Assembly (NCBI GenBank): GCA_963749075.1
Contig: CAVVLJ010000022.1
Location: 148,216 to 212,215 of the forward strand
DNA length: 64,000 bases
Origin: an uncultured Pseudomonadota bacterium
GTDB taxonomy: Bacteria > Pseudomonadota > Alphaproteobacteria > JACZXZ01
Reading direction: 5' to 3'
A program made the translations under genes and the position numbers. Positions 34,810 to 43,882 of the stretch are shown piece after piece (position 1 is the stretch's first letter; each line of letters opens with the position of its first letter). Under the pieces are notes generated by a model that saw only the letters and a program-made list of their open reading frames with translations, was not told where the DNA came from and did not search any database.

Positions 34810-35338
34810 TGGTGTTCCTCCATGATGGTCGTTGGTGTGTGACCAATTATGTTCTTGGCCTGCACTTGCTTGCTCACGGCCGGGGAAGACCGCGGTCCCG
34901 GACCGTTGCCGGCAGTCCGCGAGCCTTCTCCCGCAAAGCCTTCTCCCGCAGGCCCCCTTCGCGCTTGGGTCGACCCGGTGCCGCCGATGCGCGAGCAACG
35001 GCACCGCCTTCGCCGCGGCGTCCAATCTCAGAGATAGCGCGTCCGCCGATGGTCCGTCGCCTCATTGACACTACCCGCAACTCAGCAAAAACGGTTATAA
35101 AATCAAATGCCATTCCCACGCCGCCGAGCATAGATGGTAGCATCGCGGCAAGGCCGTAGATATTCGACTTTCGGCTAAAGCGAGCCGCAGCGCGGGGACG
35201 ATCATCGCCGGGCCTTGCGGCGCCGATGCCGGCACCGGGGCCCGACGGTCGCGGCTGCAAAACCGAGCAGAGAGGGAGCGCCCGCCCGTCATGGCCCGCC
35301 ACCGGAGACTTCCTCTTCCCGAGGGTGCAGGCCCGACG

Positions 35339-36022
35339 GTGAGCCATTGCCGCCTCGTGGTCGCGGACGATCACCCGCTCTTTCGCGACGCCCTCAGGCT
35401 TACCGTCGCCGAGCTGCTGCCGGAGGCCGAGATCGCGGAGGCCGATTCCTTCGACAGCCTGCGCGCTCAGCTCGAGGCGGCACCCGAGACGGATCTCGTG
35501 CTGCTCGACCTCAACATGCCCGGCATGCTGGGCTTCTCGGGCCTCCTCTTCCTGCGCGCGCAGTTCTCTGCGGTGCCCGTCGCCATCATCTCGGCCAACG
35601 AGGCGCCGCGCACGGTGAGCCGCGCGCTCGAGCTCGGCGCCGTCGGCTATATCCCAAAGTCGGCGGCGGCGGCCGAGATCCGCACGGCACTGACGGCCCT
35701 CCTCGCAGGCGAGGCCTGGCTGCCGCCGGCCTTGGCGCTCGGCGGCCGTGCCGAGCGCGCCGATGCCGAGCTCGCCGCGCGCCTCGCCAGCCTGACGCCG
35801 CAGCAGGTCCGCGTCCTCATGATGCTGAGCGAAGGCCTGCTCAATAAGCAGATCGCGCACGCGCTCGGCGTCGCCGAGGCCACCGTCAAGGCCCACGTGT
35901 CCGCCATCCTCTTGAAGCTCAAGGTCGACAACCGCACCCAGGCGGTGATCCTGGCGAAGCGCCTCGCCGACGACGCGGGGGCCTCGCGCGCCGAGCTCCT
36001 GCATCTCGCGGCGGGCCGCTGA
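35339..36022 (+). CDS. NarL/LuxR response regulator, CrbR/ErdR-like
   Basis: ADDHPLFR, LLDLNMPG, LTPQQVRVL...LLNKQIA...TVKAHVS. Confidence 0.9.
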   Translation: MSHCRLVVADDHPLFRDALRLTVAELLPEAEIAEADSFDSLRAQLEAAPETDLVLLDLNMPGMLGFSGLLFLRAQFSAVPVAIISANEAPRTVSRALELGAVGYIPKSAAAAEIRTALTALLAGEAWLPPALALGGRAERADAELAARLASLTPQQVRVLMMLSEGLLNKQIAHALGVAEATVKAHVSAILLKLKVDNRTQAVILAKRLADDAGASRAELLHLAAGR

Positions 36023-36041
36023 GAGGGGCGACGGGCGGTCC

Positions 36042-39000
36042 CTATTCGGCCGCCTGGCGGGAGGCGAGCGCACGCATCACGAGCGCTCGCAGTGCCGCGG
36101 GCTTGAGCGGCTTGTGGAGCACCGGCAGTGCCGCTGCCTGGGCGCGGCGCCTGATCGCTTGCGAACGGTCCGCGGTGATCAGGATCGCGGGGATCTCCGC
36201 GCGGTAGCGCTCGCGCAGCGCCGCGATGCAATCGATGCCGTCGCCGCCGCCGCCGAGGTGATAGTCGACGATCAGGAGATCGGGCGGCATCGTCCCCTCG
36301 GCGGCGAGCTCGAGAGCCGCCGCGAGACCGGCTGCGGGGCGCATGAGGTGCGACCAGCCCTCGAGCAGCGAAGCGAGCCCATCGAGCACGCTCGGCTCGT
36401 TGTCGACGCAGAGCACGCTGAGGCGCCCGCCGGCGCGCATCGGCAGCACCGCGTCGGCGGCAGTGCGCAGCCGCGTCACGCCGGCGCTGCCGCGCGGCAC
36501 GCTGAGCGTGAAGGCGGTGCCGCGGCCGGGCTCCGAGCGGAAGCTCACGGGATGGTCGAGAATGCGGCTGATGCGCTCGACGATCGAGAGGCCGAGGCCG
36601 AGCCCGTGCTCCGTGCCGGGGCCGCTCGCGAAGCGCTGGAATTCCTGGAAGACGAGCGGCTGCTTGTCGCGCGGGATGCCGCAGCCCGTGTCCCACACCT
36701 GGAGGCGGAGCGCCTGCGGCCCGCAGCGCGCGCCCATCAGCACCTTGCCGCGCGCGGTGTAGCGGATCGCATTCGAGAGCAGGTTCTGCAGCACGCGGTG
36801 GAGGAGCTGGCGGTCGCTCACCACCGCGTATCTTGTGGGCACGATGCGCAGATCGAGCCCCTTCTTCTCGGCAAGCGGGGCGAACTCGAGGCGCAGCGCC
36901 TCGAAGAGCTCGCTGAGCGCGAAGTCGTGGCGCTCGGGGAGCAAGCCGCCGGCGTCGAGCTTCGAGATGTCGAGTAGGGTGCCGAGCAGCTCCTCCACCG
37001 AGCCGAGCGAGGCATCGATCTTGCGCACGAGTTCGCCCTCGGCGCCGCTTGCGGCGCCGGGCCGGGCGGCGTGGCGCTCGACCAGGCTCGAGACGTAGAG
37101 CCGGGCGGCGTTGAGCGGCTGCAGGAGGTCGTGGCTCGCCGCCGCGAGAAAGCGGGTCTTGCCGAGATTGGCCTCTTCGGCCGCCGTCTTGGCGCCGTTG
37201 AGCTCGGCATTGAGCTGGGTGAGCTCGGCCGTGCGCTCGCGCACGCGTTGCTCGAGCGTCTCGTTCGCGGCGGCGAGCTGGGCGGCCACGCGGACGCGCT
37301 CGGTGATGTCGGAATAGGTGGTGACGCAGCCGCCGCCGGGCATCGTGCTGCGGCGCACCTCGAGCACCGTGCCGTTCGGCCGGCGGTACTCGAGCACCGG
37401 TTCGCCGTCGCCGAGGAAGAGCTCGAGCTGACGCGCCACCAGATCGTCGGGGTTGCCGGGGCCGTACTCGCCGCGCTCGGCATTGAAGCGCATGATCTCC
37501 GGCAGCGTCACGCCGACCGAGCCGAGTGCCGCCGGCAGCTCGAGCAGGTCGCGGAAGCGCCGGTTCCAGCACACCAGGCGGAGCTCGCGGTCGAACACGC
37601 TGATGCCCTGGCGCACGTTCTCGAGGGTCGATTGCAGGAGGTCGCGGTTGTATTGGATGGCCGCCGTGGCATCGTCGAGGAGCCGCATGGCGTCGTCGGC
37701 GCTGAGGTTCCGCCGCTCGAGCGTGAGCGCCATGACGAGGCGCGCCGAGGCGGCACCGATGGCGCTCGCAAGCAGCCGCTCGGTGTGGCGCACCAGGCCG
37801 AAGTCGGCCTCGGCGTCGGGCACCAGCGGCGTGCCGCGCTGGCTTGCAAAGTCCTCGAGCGAGCGCTGCGCGCGCTCGGGCCCGAGATAGCTCGCGGCCA
37901 CGGTTGCCATTTCCGAGACCCGCGCGGAGCCGTGCCACTGGCGGAAGACCATCTGGCCGCCGTTGCCCTCGGCGTCCACGAAGGCGTTCGCCTGGAGGCG
38001 CTCGATCACTCTGGGCACGCTCAAGAGCGAGACCAGCGCATAGGCCGCGACGTTGGCGAGCAGGCTCCAGAACACGCCGTGGGTCAAGGGATCGAAGCGC
38101 AGTCCGAAGAGCTGCTGGGGACGCAAGAGGCCGATGCCGAAGGGCCCGGCCTCGAGGAGACCGGGCGAAAAGGCGCCGGCCTGCGCGAGCGTCGGCACGA
38201 GGAGGCAGTACGCCCACATGAGAAAGCCCGCGAGGATGCCGGCGATCGCTCCCTTCTCCGTGGCGCCGCGCCAGATGAGGCCGCCCAAGAGGGCGGGTGC
38301 GAACTGCGCCACCGCGGCGAAGCTCAGGAGGCCGATCGAGGCCAGCGCATAGCGGTCCCCGAGCAGGCGGTAGGCGCAATAGGCGAGCAGCATGACGGCC
38401 ACGATCGCCACGCGGCGAACCTGGAGGATGACCTTGCCCATGTCCTCGCGGTCGGCGAGGCCGAGCCGCCGGCGGTGCAGCACGATGGGCATGACGAGGT
38501 CGTTGCTCACCATGTTGCTGACCGCGACGGACTCGACGATGACCATGGCTGCGGCGGCGGAGAGCCCGCCGATGAAGGCGAGGAGAGTGACGATGCGCTG
38601 GCCGCCCAGCATGGGCAGCTCCAGCACGAACATGTCGCCGTGGGAGACCGTATCGCCGAAGACGATCATGCCGGCCGCCGCGATCGGCACCACGAAGATG
38701 TTGATGGCCACGAGATAGAGCGGGAAGAGCCAGGCGGCCTTGCGCAGGTCGCGCTCGTCCACGTTCTCCACCACCGCCACGTGGAACTGGCGCGGCAGGC
38801 AGACCACCGCCGCCATGGCGAGCCCCGTCATGGTGACCCAGGTAGTGCCGTCGACGCCGCCGGAGAAGAGGCTCTCGAACGCGGGTACGGCGCGCGCGCG
38901 CGCCAGGAGATCGCCCCAGCCGCCGAACATGCCCCAGGTGACGAAGACGCCGACGGAGACGAAGGCGACCAGCTTGACGAGCGATTCGAAGGCGATGGCC

Positions 39001-39593
39001 AGCATCATGCCCTCATTGTGCTCGGTGGCCTTGATGTTGCGCGTGCCGAAGAGGATGGCGAAGAGCGCCAGCACGAGCGAGGCCGAGAGCGCCGTGTCGC
39101 TCCAGATCGCCGGGCCCGCGGCCGCGGCGGCTGCAGCGCCCGGCGGCTGGTGCAGCAGCACCGTGAAGCTGGTGGACACCGCCTTGAGCTGCAACGCGAT
39201 GTAGGGCAGCACGCCGATCACCGCGATCACCGTGACGAGGGCGGCAAGGAGCTGGCTCTTGCCGTAGCGCGCGGCGATGAGATCGGCGATCGAGGTGATG
39301 TTGTGGCTCTTGGAGACGCGCACGATGCGGCGCAAGAGCGGCAGGCCGAGCGAGAACATCAGGATCGGGCCGAGATAGATGGGGAGGAAATCGTAGCCCG
39401 TGCGCGAGGCGAGGCCGACGCTGCCGTAGAAGGTCCAGGAGGTGCAGTAGACCGCAAGCGAGAGCGCATAGACGACCGGCTTGGCGGCCGGCCGGCCGCG
39501 CCTCTTCGCCGCCCGGTCGCCGTAATAGGCGAGGGCGAAGAGCAGCCCGACATAGCCGAGCGCCAAGGCCAGAACGGCCCAACCCGGGATCAT
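36042..39593 (-). CDS. SLC5-STAC-PAS hybrid histidine kinase, CrbS/MxtR-like
   Basis: YALSLAVYCTSWTFYGSVG, LPRQFHV, AIGAASARLV, AASHDLLQPL, GLGLGLSIV, C-terminal receiver domain. Confidence 0.93.
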   Translation of the reverse strand: MIPGWAVLALALGYVGLLFALAYYGDRAAKRRGRPAAKPVVYALSLAVYCTSWTFYGSVGLASRTGYDFLPIYLGPILMFSLGLPLLRRIVRVSKSHNITSIADLIAARYGKSQLLAALVTVIAVIGVLPYIALQLKAVSTSFTVLLHQPPGAAAAAAAGPAIWSDTALSASLVLALFAILFGTRNIKATEHNEGMMLAIAFESLVKLVAFVSVGVFVTWGMFGGWGDLLARARAVPAFESLFSGGVDGTTWVTMTGLAMAAVVCLPRQFHVAVVENVDERDLRKAAWLFPLYLVAINIFVVPIAAAGMIVFGDTVSHGDMFVLELPMLGGQRIVTLLAFIGGLSAAAAMVIVESVAVSNMVSNDLVMPIVLHRRRLGLADREDMGKVILQVRRVAIVAVMLLAYCAYRLLGDRYALASIGLLSFAAVAQFAPALLGGLIWRGATEKGAIAGILAGFLMWAYCLLVPTLAQAGAFSPGLLEAGPFGIGLLRPQQLFGLRFDPLTHGVFWSLLANVAAYALVSLLSVPRVIERLQANAFVDAEGNGGQMVFRQWHGSARVSEMATVAASYLGPERAQRSLEDFASQRGTPLVPDAEADFGLVRHTERLLASAIGAASARLVMALTLERRNLSADDAMRLLDDATAAIQYNRDLLQSTLENVRQGISVFDRELRLVCWNRRFRDLLELPAALGSVGVTLPEIMRFNAERGEYGPGNPDDLVARQLELFLGDGEPVLEYRRPNGTVLEVRRSTMPGGGCVTTYSDITERVRVAAQLAAANETLEQRVRERTAELTQLNAELNGAKTAAEEANLGKTRFLAAASHDLLQPLNAARLYVSSLVERHAARPGAASGAEGELVRKIDASLGSVEELLGTLLDISKLDAGGLLPERHDFALSELFEALRLEFAPLAEKKGLDLRIVPTRYAVVSDRQLLHRVLQNLLSNAIRYTARGKVLMGARCGPQALRLQVWDTGCGIPRDKQPLVFQEFQRFASGPGTEHGLGLGLSIVERISRILDHPVSFRSEPGRGTAFTLSVPRGSAGVTRLRTAADAVLPMRAGGRLSVLCVDNEPSVLDGLASLLEGWSHLMRPAAGLAAALELAAEGTMPPDLLIVDYHLGGGGDGIDCIAALRERYRAEIPAILITADRSQAIRRRAQAAALPVLHKPLKPAALRALVMRALASRQAAE

Positions 39594-39892
39594 GGCCTCC
39601 CCACGTCGAAGCGCCTTCTTGTTGCCTTATGATACGCAGGGGCGAGGCCGCGGGGTAGTGCGCTTTGTGCCGTGAGGCATTCTCTTATCTCCGGGAAAAT
39701 CGCCCTCCGATATGGCTTACGGTTGAAAGAGTCTCTTTTGAGCTCTGACTAGGAACATTATTGGTCAGAAAATCCGCCGGCACTGCTGAGCTTAGGTTCG
39801 CGGACGGTAGCTCAATCCTATAGGGTAGTTCTTATATTATCATCTAAATTAAATAAGATATTTCTTATTGCAATCTTAATGAATTATAGGAT

Positions 39893-40357
39893 ATGCCTTA
39901 TGGCATGAACAATGCCATTCGCCACCTCGATAACCGTTTTGCTGCCTTGCGCCCTTTGGCCGCGAGCCCGAATCCCCCTAAGGGCTGGCTCCGCGCCATC
40001 AGGAACGCGCTTGGCATGACCACGGCGCAGTTTGCGCGCCGGCTCGGCGTGTCCCAGCCGCGCATCATCGAACTCGAACAGTCCGAAGCCAGCGGGACCG
40101 TAACGCTGCACACGCTTCAACGCGCGGCCGAGGCTCTTGGCTGCCGCCTTGTCTATGCGCTGGTGCCCGAACGCCCGCTCGCAGAGATCGTCGGCGATCG
40201 CGCCAAACTTGTAGCCGAACGTCAATCTGCGACCGTCGAGCACACCATGCGTCTCGAAGATCAAGCCGTGCAGGGCAAGAACGCTCGCGCGGGACTGCGC
40301 CGCCAATTGATCGACGAGCTCATGCGTCGTCCTGCACGTCTATGGGATGAGAAATGA
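39893..40357 (+). CDS. Mobile mystery protein A (XRE HTH)
   Basis: PPKGWLRAIRNALGMT, TLQRAAEALGCRLVY, HTMRLEDQ, LWDE. Confidence 0.9.
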   Translation: MPYGMNNAIRHLDNRFAALRPLAASPNPPKGWLRAIRNALGMTTAQFARRLGVSQPRIIELEQSEASGTVTLHTLQRAAEALGCRLVYALVPERPLAEIVGDRAKLVAERQSATVEHTMRLEDQAVQGKNARAGLRRQLIDELMRRPARLWDEK

Positions 40358-40938
40358 CGGGGCCGTCCGACGCCGACAATGATGCGACGCCGCTTACGGC
40401 AGAGGAACGCGACGGGCTCATCCCGACGCATGTCACTATACGGAGCGAACTCAACGAACTCGAACAGCAGAATATCTCGGAAGCCGACCGCTGGGCCTTT
40501 GCCCGTAAGCGCAACGTTCTCGACGAGCCTTTCCTGCGCGGCCTCCATCGAAGGATGTTCAATCGCGTGTGGCGATGGGCGGGAAAATATCGAACTACGG
40601 AACGTAATCTCGGCATCGAGAGCTATCGCATCCAGACGGAAATTCGGCAAATCGTCGACGATGCCCGCTACTGGATCGACCATAAATCCTATCCGCCCGA
40701 CGAGCTCGCCGTGCGCTTCCACCATCGTCTCGTGTTCGTGCACCCATTTCCCAATGGAAACGGCCGCTGGTCGCGGCTGGTGGCGGATTTGCTGGTCGTG
40801 CGACAGGGCGGCTCCCGATTCACCTGGGGCCGCGCCAATCTCCAAACGGCAAACGAATTTCGGCGAGCGTATATTGACGCCTTGCATGCGGCTGACAATC
40901 ACGATATTGCGCCGCTTGTTGGTTTTGCAAGGTCGTAA
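40354..40938 (+). CDS. Mobile mystery protein B (Fic domain)
   Basis: ATPL...GLIP, ELNELEQQNI, WAGKYR, HPFPNGNGRWSRL, C-terminal FARS. Confidence 0.92.
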   Translation: MTGPSDADNDATPLTAEERDGLIPTHVTIRSELNELEQQNISEADRWAFARKRNVLDEPFLRGLHRRMFNRVWRWAGKYRTTERNLGIESYRIQTEIRQIVDDARYWIDHKSYPPDELAVRFHHRLVFVHPFPNGNGRWSRLVADLLVVRQGGSRFTWGRANLQTANEFRRAYIDALHAADNHDIAPLVGFARS

Positions 40939-40987
40939 GCGGGGCACGGATGAGTTTGAGCCGACCACCCTTGGAGAGAGGCCTCAT

Positions 40988-41140
40988 ATGACATTCCCAT
41001 CGCCAGCAGAACAGGATCGGCGTTTCCTAAAAGATTTTGCTGAAATAAACTCTCAGCTCATTGAATGGGGATGGTTCCTCCCCCCATGGATCACCGGCGG
41101 AGAGTTGGAGAAGGTTAAGACTTATCTCAGCGGCTTAAAG
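40988..41140 (+). pseudogene. N-terminal fragment of an unknown gene running into the element arm
   Basis: MTFPSPAEQDRRFLKDFAEINSQLIEWGWFLPPWITGGE... then reads through non-coding arm sequence homologous to 49380-49590. Confidence 0.45.
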
Positions 41141-41354
41141 TCGCAAGGCGACACAATGCAGACACCCTTTGAGCGAATGTTGACCATGCAAGATTGGCCG
41201 AATCGGATGCAAAATCAATGGGAAAGCGTGACTTGCATCGAATTCCCCCTAGAATATCAATGGATTAAAGGTAGTATTCGGTCTTCATCAAATCTGCACA
41301 ATTCCTACACTGCAATAAAATTACGAGAATCAAGAATGATGTGGGAAAAATAAG

Positions 41355-41380
41355 ATGGCATCTTATCAATACATCTACGT
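41355..41380 (+). repeat. att site: duplicate of the first 26 nt of ettA
   Basis: ATGGCATCTTATCAATACATCTACGT vs ATGGCGTCTTACCAATACATCTACGT (49589-49614): 24/26 identical, both differences synonymous, 14-bp identical core. Confidence 0.92.
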
Positions 41381-41403
41381 GATACTTAGATTAAATTAAC
41401 TAC

Positions 41404-41431
41404 TTGACAAACAATCATATTTCTATATAAA
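41404..41431 (+). promoter_or_regulatory. Sigma70-type promoter of the integrase
   Basis: TTGACA-N16-TATAAA about 90 bp upstream of the int ATG. Confidence 0.6.
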
Positions 41432-41436
41432 GTCTC

Positions 41437-41504
41437 CTGCACAACACCTACACAGGTACGGCAGATCAACCACTTACGCGCGCGATCTGCACAGAACCTG
41501 CACA
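41437..41504 (+). repeat. Paired CTRCACA arm-type repeats (11-bp period)
   Basis: Pairs at 41437/41448 and 41487/41498; similar pairs at 41294/41305 and 49532/49543. Confidence 0.8.
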
Positions 41505-41520
41505 GAATGGACGCCGTTTC

Positions 41521-42783
41521 ATGGCCTTTTTGATCGACACGCAGGAGCTCAAGACCGGCCTCATCATCTTCCGCCGCACGGATGTGGAGCACCGGAATTG
41601 GTATTGCCGGATCAAGCTGCCGAAGGAGGACCGCTACAAGACCCTCTCCCTCAAAACCGCCGACATCAACGTGGCGCGCGACAAGGCGTTCGAGCAGGAC
41701 GCCGAGCTGCGCTTCCGAATTAAGCATGAAATTCCGATATTTAACAAAACCTTCGGCCAGGTGGCCCAGGAGTTCTCGGCCTTCCAGAAGGAGCGCTCCG
41801 AGGCCGGCCAGATCACCTTCCACCGCTGGCGGGTGATGCACTCCCATATCAAGACGCAGCTCGACCCCTATGTCGGCAGCGTCCAAATCACCCAGGTCGG
41901 GGAGGACCGGTGGAAGGCCTTCCCCATCTGGCGGCAGAAGAACGGCAAAGGCCGCTCGGGCGGACGCGTCAGCGACGGCACCATCCGTGACGAGATGGCG
42001 ACCTTCCGCTCGATCATGGGCTTTGCCGCCGGCAAGAACTACATCCGCAGCACTCAGGTCTTCCGCGGCCGGCTTCCCCTCGGGAAGGCCCGCCGCGAGG
42101 AATTCACCCCTCCCGAATATCGCAAACTCCACAGCTTCGCGCGTAGCTGGATCAAGGAGGCACGTAACGACTTGGGCACATGGTATCGGACCATGGCCTA
42201 TAATTTCGTACTCATCATGACCAACACCGGCATGCGGCCCTCGGAAGCGCGGAACCTGCGTTGGCGCGACGTAGCCACGCAGACTGACAAGCTGGGCCGC
42301 CAATTCGTTCGCCTGAATGTGCGGGGAAAGGGGAAATTCCGCACCCTCGTTGCGGCCAGCAACGTCGCCAACTATCTCGACCGCATCCGTCAAATCAGCA
42401 AACACACCGAACCAGATGACTTCGTCTTCGTGACTGAAGACGGCAAAATGGCACGCACGCTCTACTATTCGCTCGTCGAGCGGCTGCTTATCGAATCGAA
42501 ATTGCAAACCAGCTCATCCGGAAGTCGGCGCAGCACTTATTGCTTCCGGCATACCTATGCGACCTTCCGTCTCACGGAAGGCGTGGACGTGTACTTCCTC
42601 GCCAAACAGATGGGCACGTCCGTGAAGATGATCGAGGATCACTACGGACATGTGACGCCCGTCAAGAATGCGGATCGCATTCTCCAGGGCCTTGCCCGGA
42701 TGGGAGCCGATCGCCGCCGCGCCGCAGGAGGCGCGCTGATAGCGCGCCTATCGGTCCCCTGCTCTACAGTCGCGGGCCTGTAG
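41521..42783 (+). CDS. Tyrosine recombinase/integrase; the true end is probably 42739 (1-bp insertion near 42690)
   Basis: TGMRPSEARNLRW, YCFRHTYAT, MGTSVKMIEDHYGH; the alternate frame ends QGLPGWEPIAAAPQEAR*. Confidence 0.93.
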   Translation: MAFLIDTQELKTGLIIFRRTDVEHRNWYCRIKLPKEDRYKTLSLKTADINVARDKAFEQDAELRFRIKHEIPIFNKTFGQVAQEFSAFQKERSEAGQITFHRWRVMHSHIKTQLDPYVGSVQITQVGEDRWKAFPIWRQKNGKGRSGGRVSDGTIRDEMATFRSIMGFAAGKNYIRSTQVFRGRLPLGKARREEFTPPEYRKLHSFARSWIKEARNDLGTWYRTMAYNFVLIMTNTGMRPSEARNLRWRDVATQTDKLGRQFVRLNVRGKGKFRTLVAASNVANYLDRIRQISKHTEPDDFVFVTEDGKMARTLYYSLVERLLIESKLQTSSSGSRRSTYCFRHTYATFRLTEGVDVYFLAKQMGTSVKMIEDHYGHVTPVKNADRILQGLARMGADRRRAAGGALIARLSVPCSTVAGL

Positions 42784-43121
42784 GCGAATAGCGATCGAAC
42801 TAACTTTTGCCTGGGTTGCCGATGACACGTCAACATTCGATGTATAGTCGGCTCTCCCAATCCACGTTGTAAGCGCGATTGGTGAACATACTCTTTTCGA
42901 AGCCATGAGTAACTTGCATAATTAAACTCTTTCCGACAGCGGCCACAAGCGTTATAAATTGTATGACGGGTCTGTTGCGCCCTTGGTAGGTGCGGATGGC
43001 AGAACTACAACGCACACCGTACAGCGGCCTTCGCGTGCTCCCGACGATTATATCAACCGACGGGATCACAGCGACGATATTGCAAGGACGATAGCCTCAG
43101 TGCATTGAAACGGAGTGTTCC

Positions 43122-43745
43122 ATGCCACAATACGGCGCATTGCGCATCCATTCCCAAGGGGGCATCCAAGTCACCGAGGCGCGTGACCTACTCGCCCAAA
43201 TAGATGACGCCTACAATGCCATCTATGCGTACGACACATTTCTCGATTCCGCAGATGCATCCAGGCGACGTAGGCTCCCCATTGAATTCATCGAGCTTGG
43301 GCTATTTGCAAGGCCGTGGGGTTTCGGCATTGAACAAATCCGCGACTGGCCGCCCAAGCCAGAGGCGCTGCAAACGCTTGTACCGTCGCGCGATCGGTTA
43401 ATTTTGAAATCTACAAAACTTGAATCTCCCGGCTTTTGGGAGGTTCTCGGTAGCCTAAACCCTCTCGAAGTCATACGAAAGTACATAGGCGACGCCCACG
43501 AAAGGCGAAAGGATCGTGAATATAGGGAAGCGAGCGAAAGGCGACGACTTGAGCTCGAAAATCGGTTGTTACATACCGAGGTGCTCAACAAGGAAGCCGA
43601 TTTTCTAAAGCGGCTCGGCGCGACGGAACAAGATTTCGCAGCTCTGCGCAATGCCCTACTTTACGACCCCCTTCGCAAGTTGGAGCTATTGCAAGATCGG
43701 GGCATCATCGACGGAAGTGATGATATTGAGCCTACCAAGCGCTAA
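43122..43745 (+). CDS. Hypothetical protein (207 aa) with a coiled-coil segment
   Basis: GGAG RBS; charged helix ERRKDREYREASERRRLELENRLL. Confidence 0.75.
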   Translation: MPQYGALRIHSQGGIQVTEARDLLAQIDDAYNAIYAYDTFLDSADASRRRRLPIEFIELGLFARPWGFGIEQIRDWPPKPEALQTLVPSRDRLILKSTKLESPGFWEVLGSLNPLEVIRKYIGDAHERRKDREYREASERRRLELENRLLHTEVLNKEADFLKRLGATEQDFAALRNALLYDPLRKLELLQDRGIIDGSDDIEPTKR

Positions 43746-43882
43746 CCAATGAGCGAAAGCGGCTCGAACTTGGTTATGATCTTCTTTAAATCGATGCGGA
43801 TGGGCGATAGGTCGCCGAGCGTTGCCACCAATCGGCAACAACTAGGCAGGCGAGCCGCGCCACGCTGTGGCCTGCAACTCGA

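Noticed and set aside
35166-35175. GAC-N4-GGC as a CrbR box
   Set aside because: Imperfect match to a very short motif; expected by chance
39712-39726. ATGGCTTAC as the original host ettA start (outer att)
   Set aside because: Position fits, but the CAATACATCTACGT core is absent and the match is too short
42790-43080. Possible minus-strand gene or excisionase after the integrase
   Set aside because: Only short interrupted frames, with no HTH or recognisable motif
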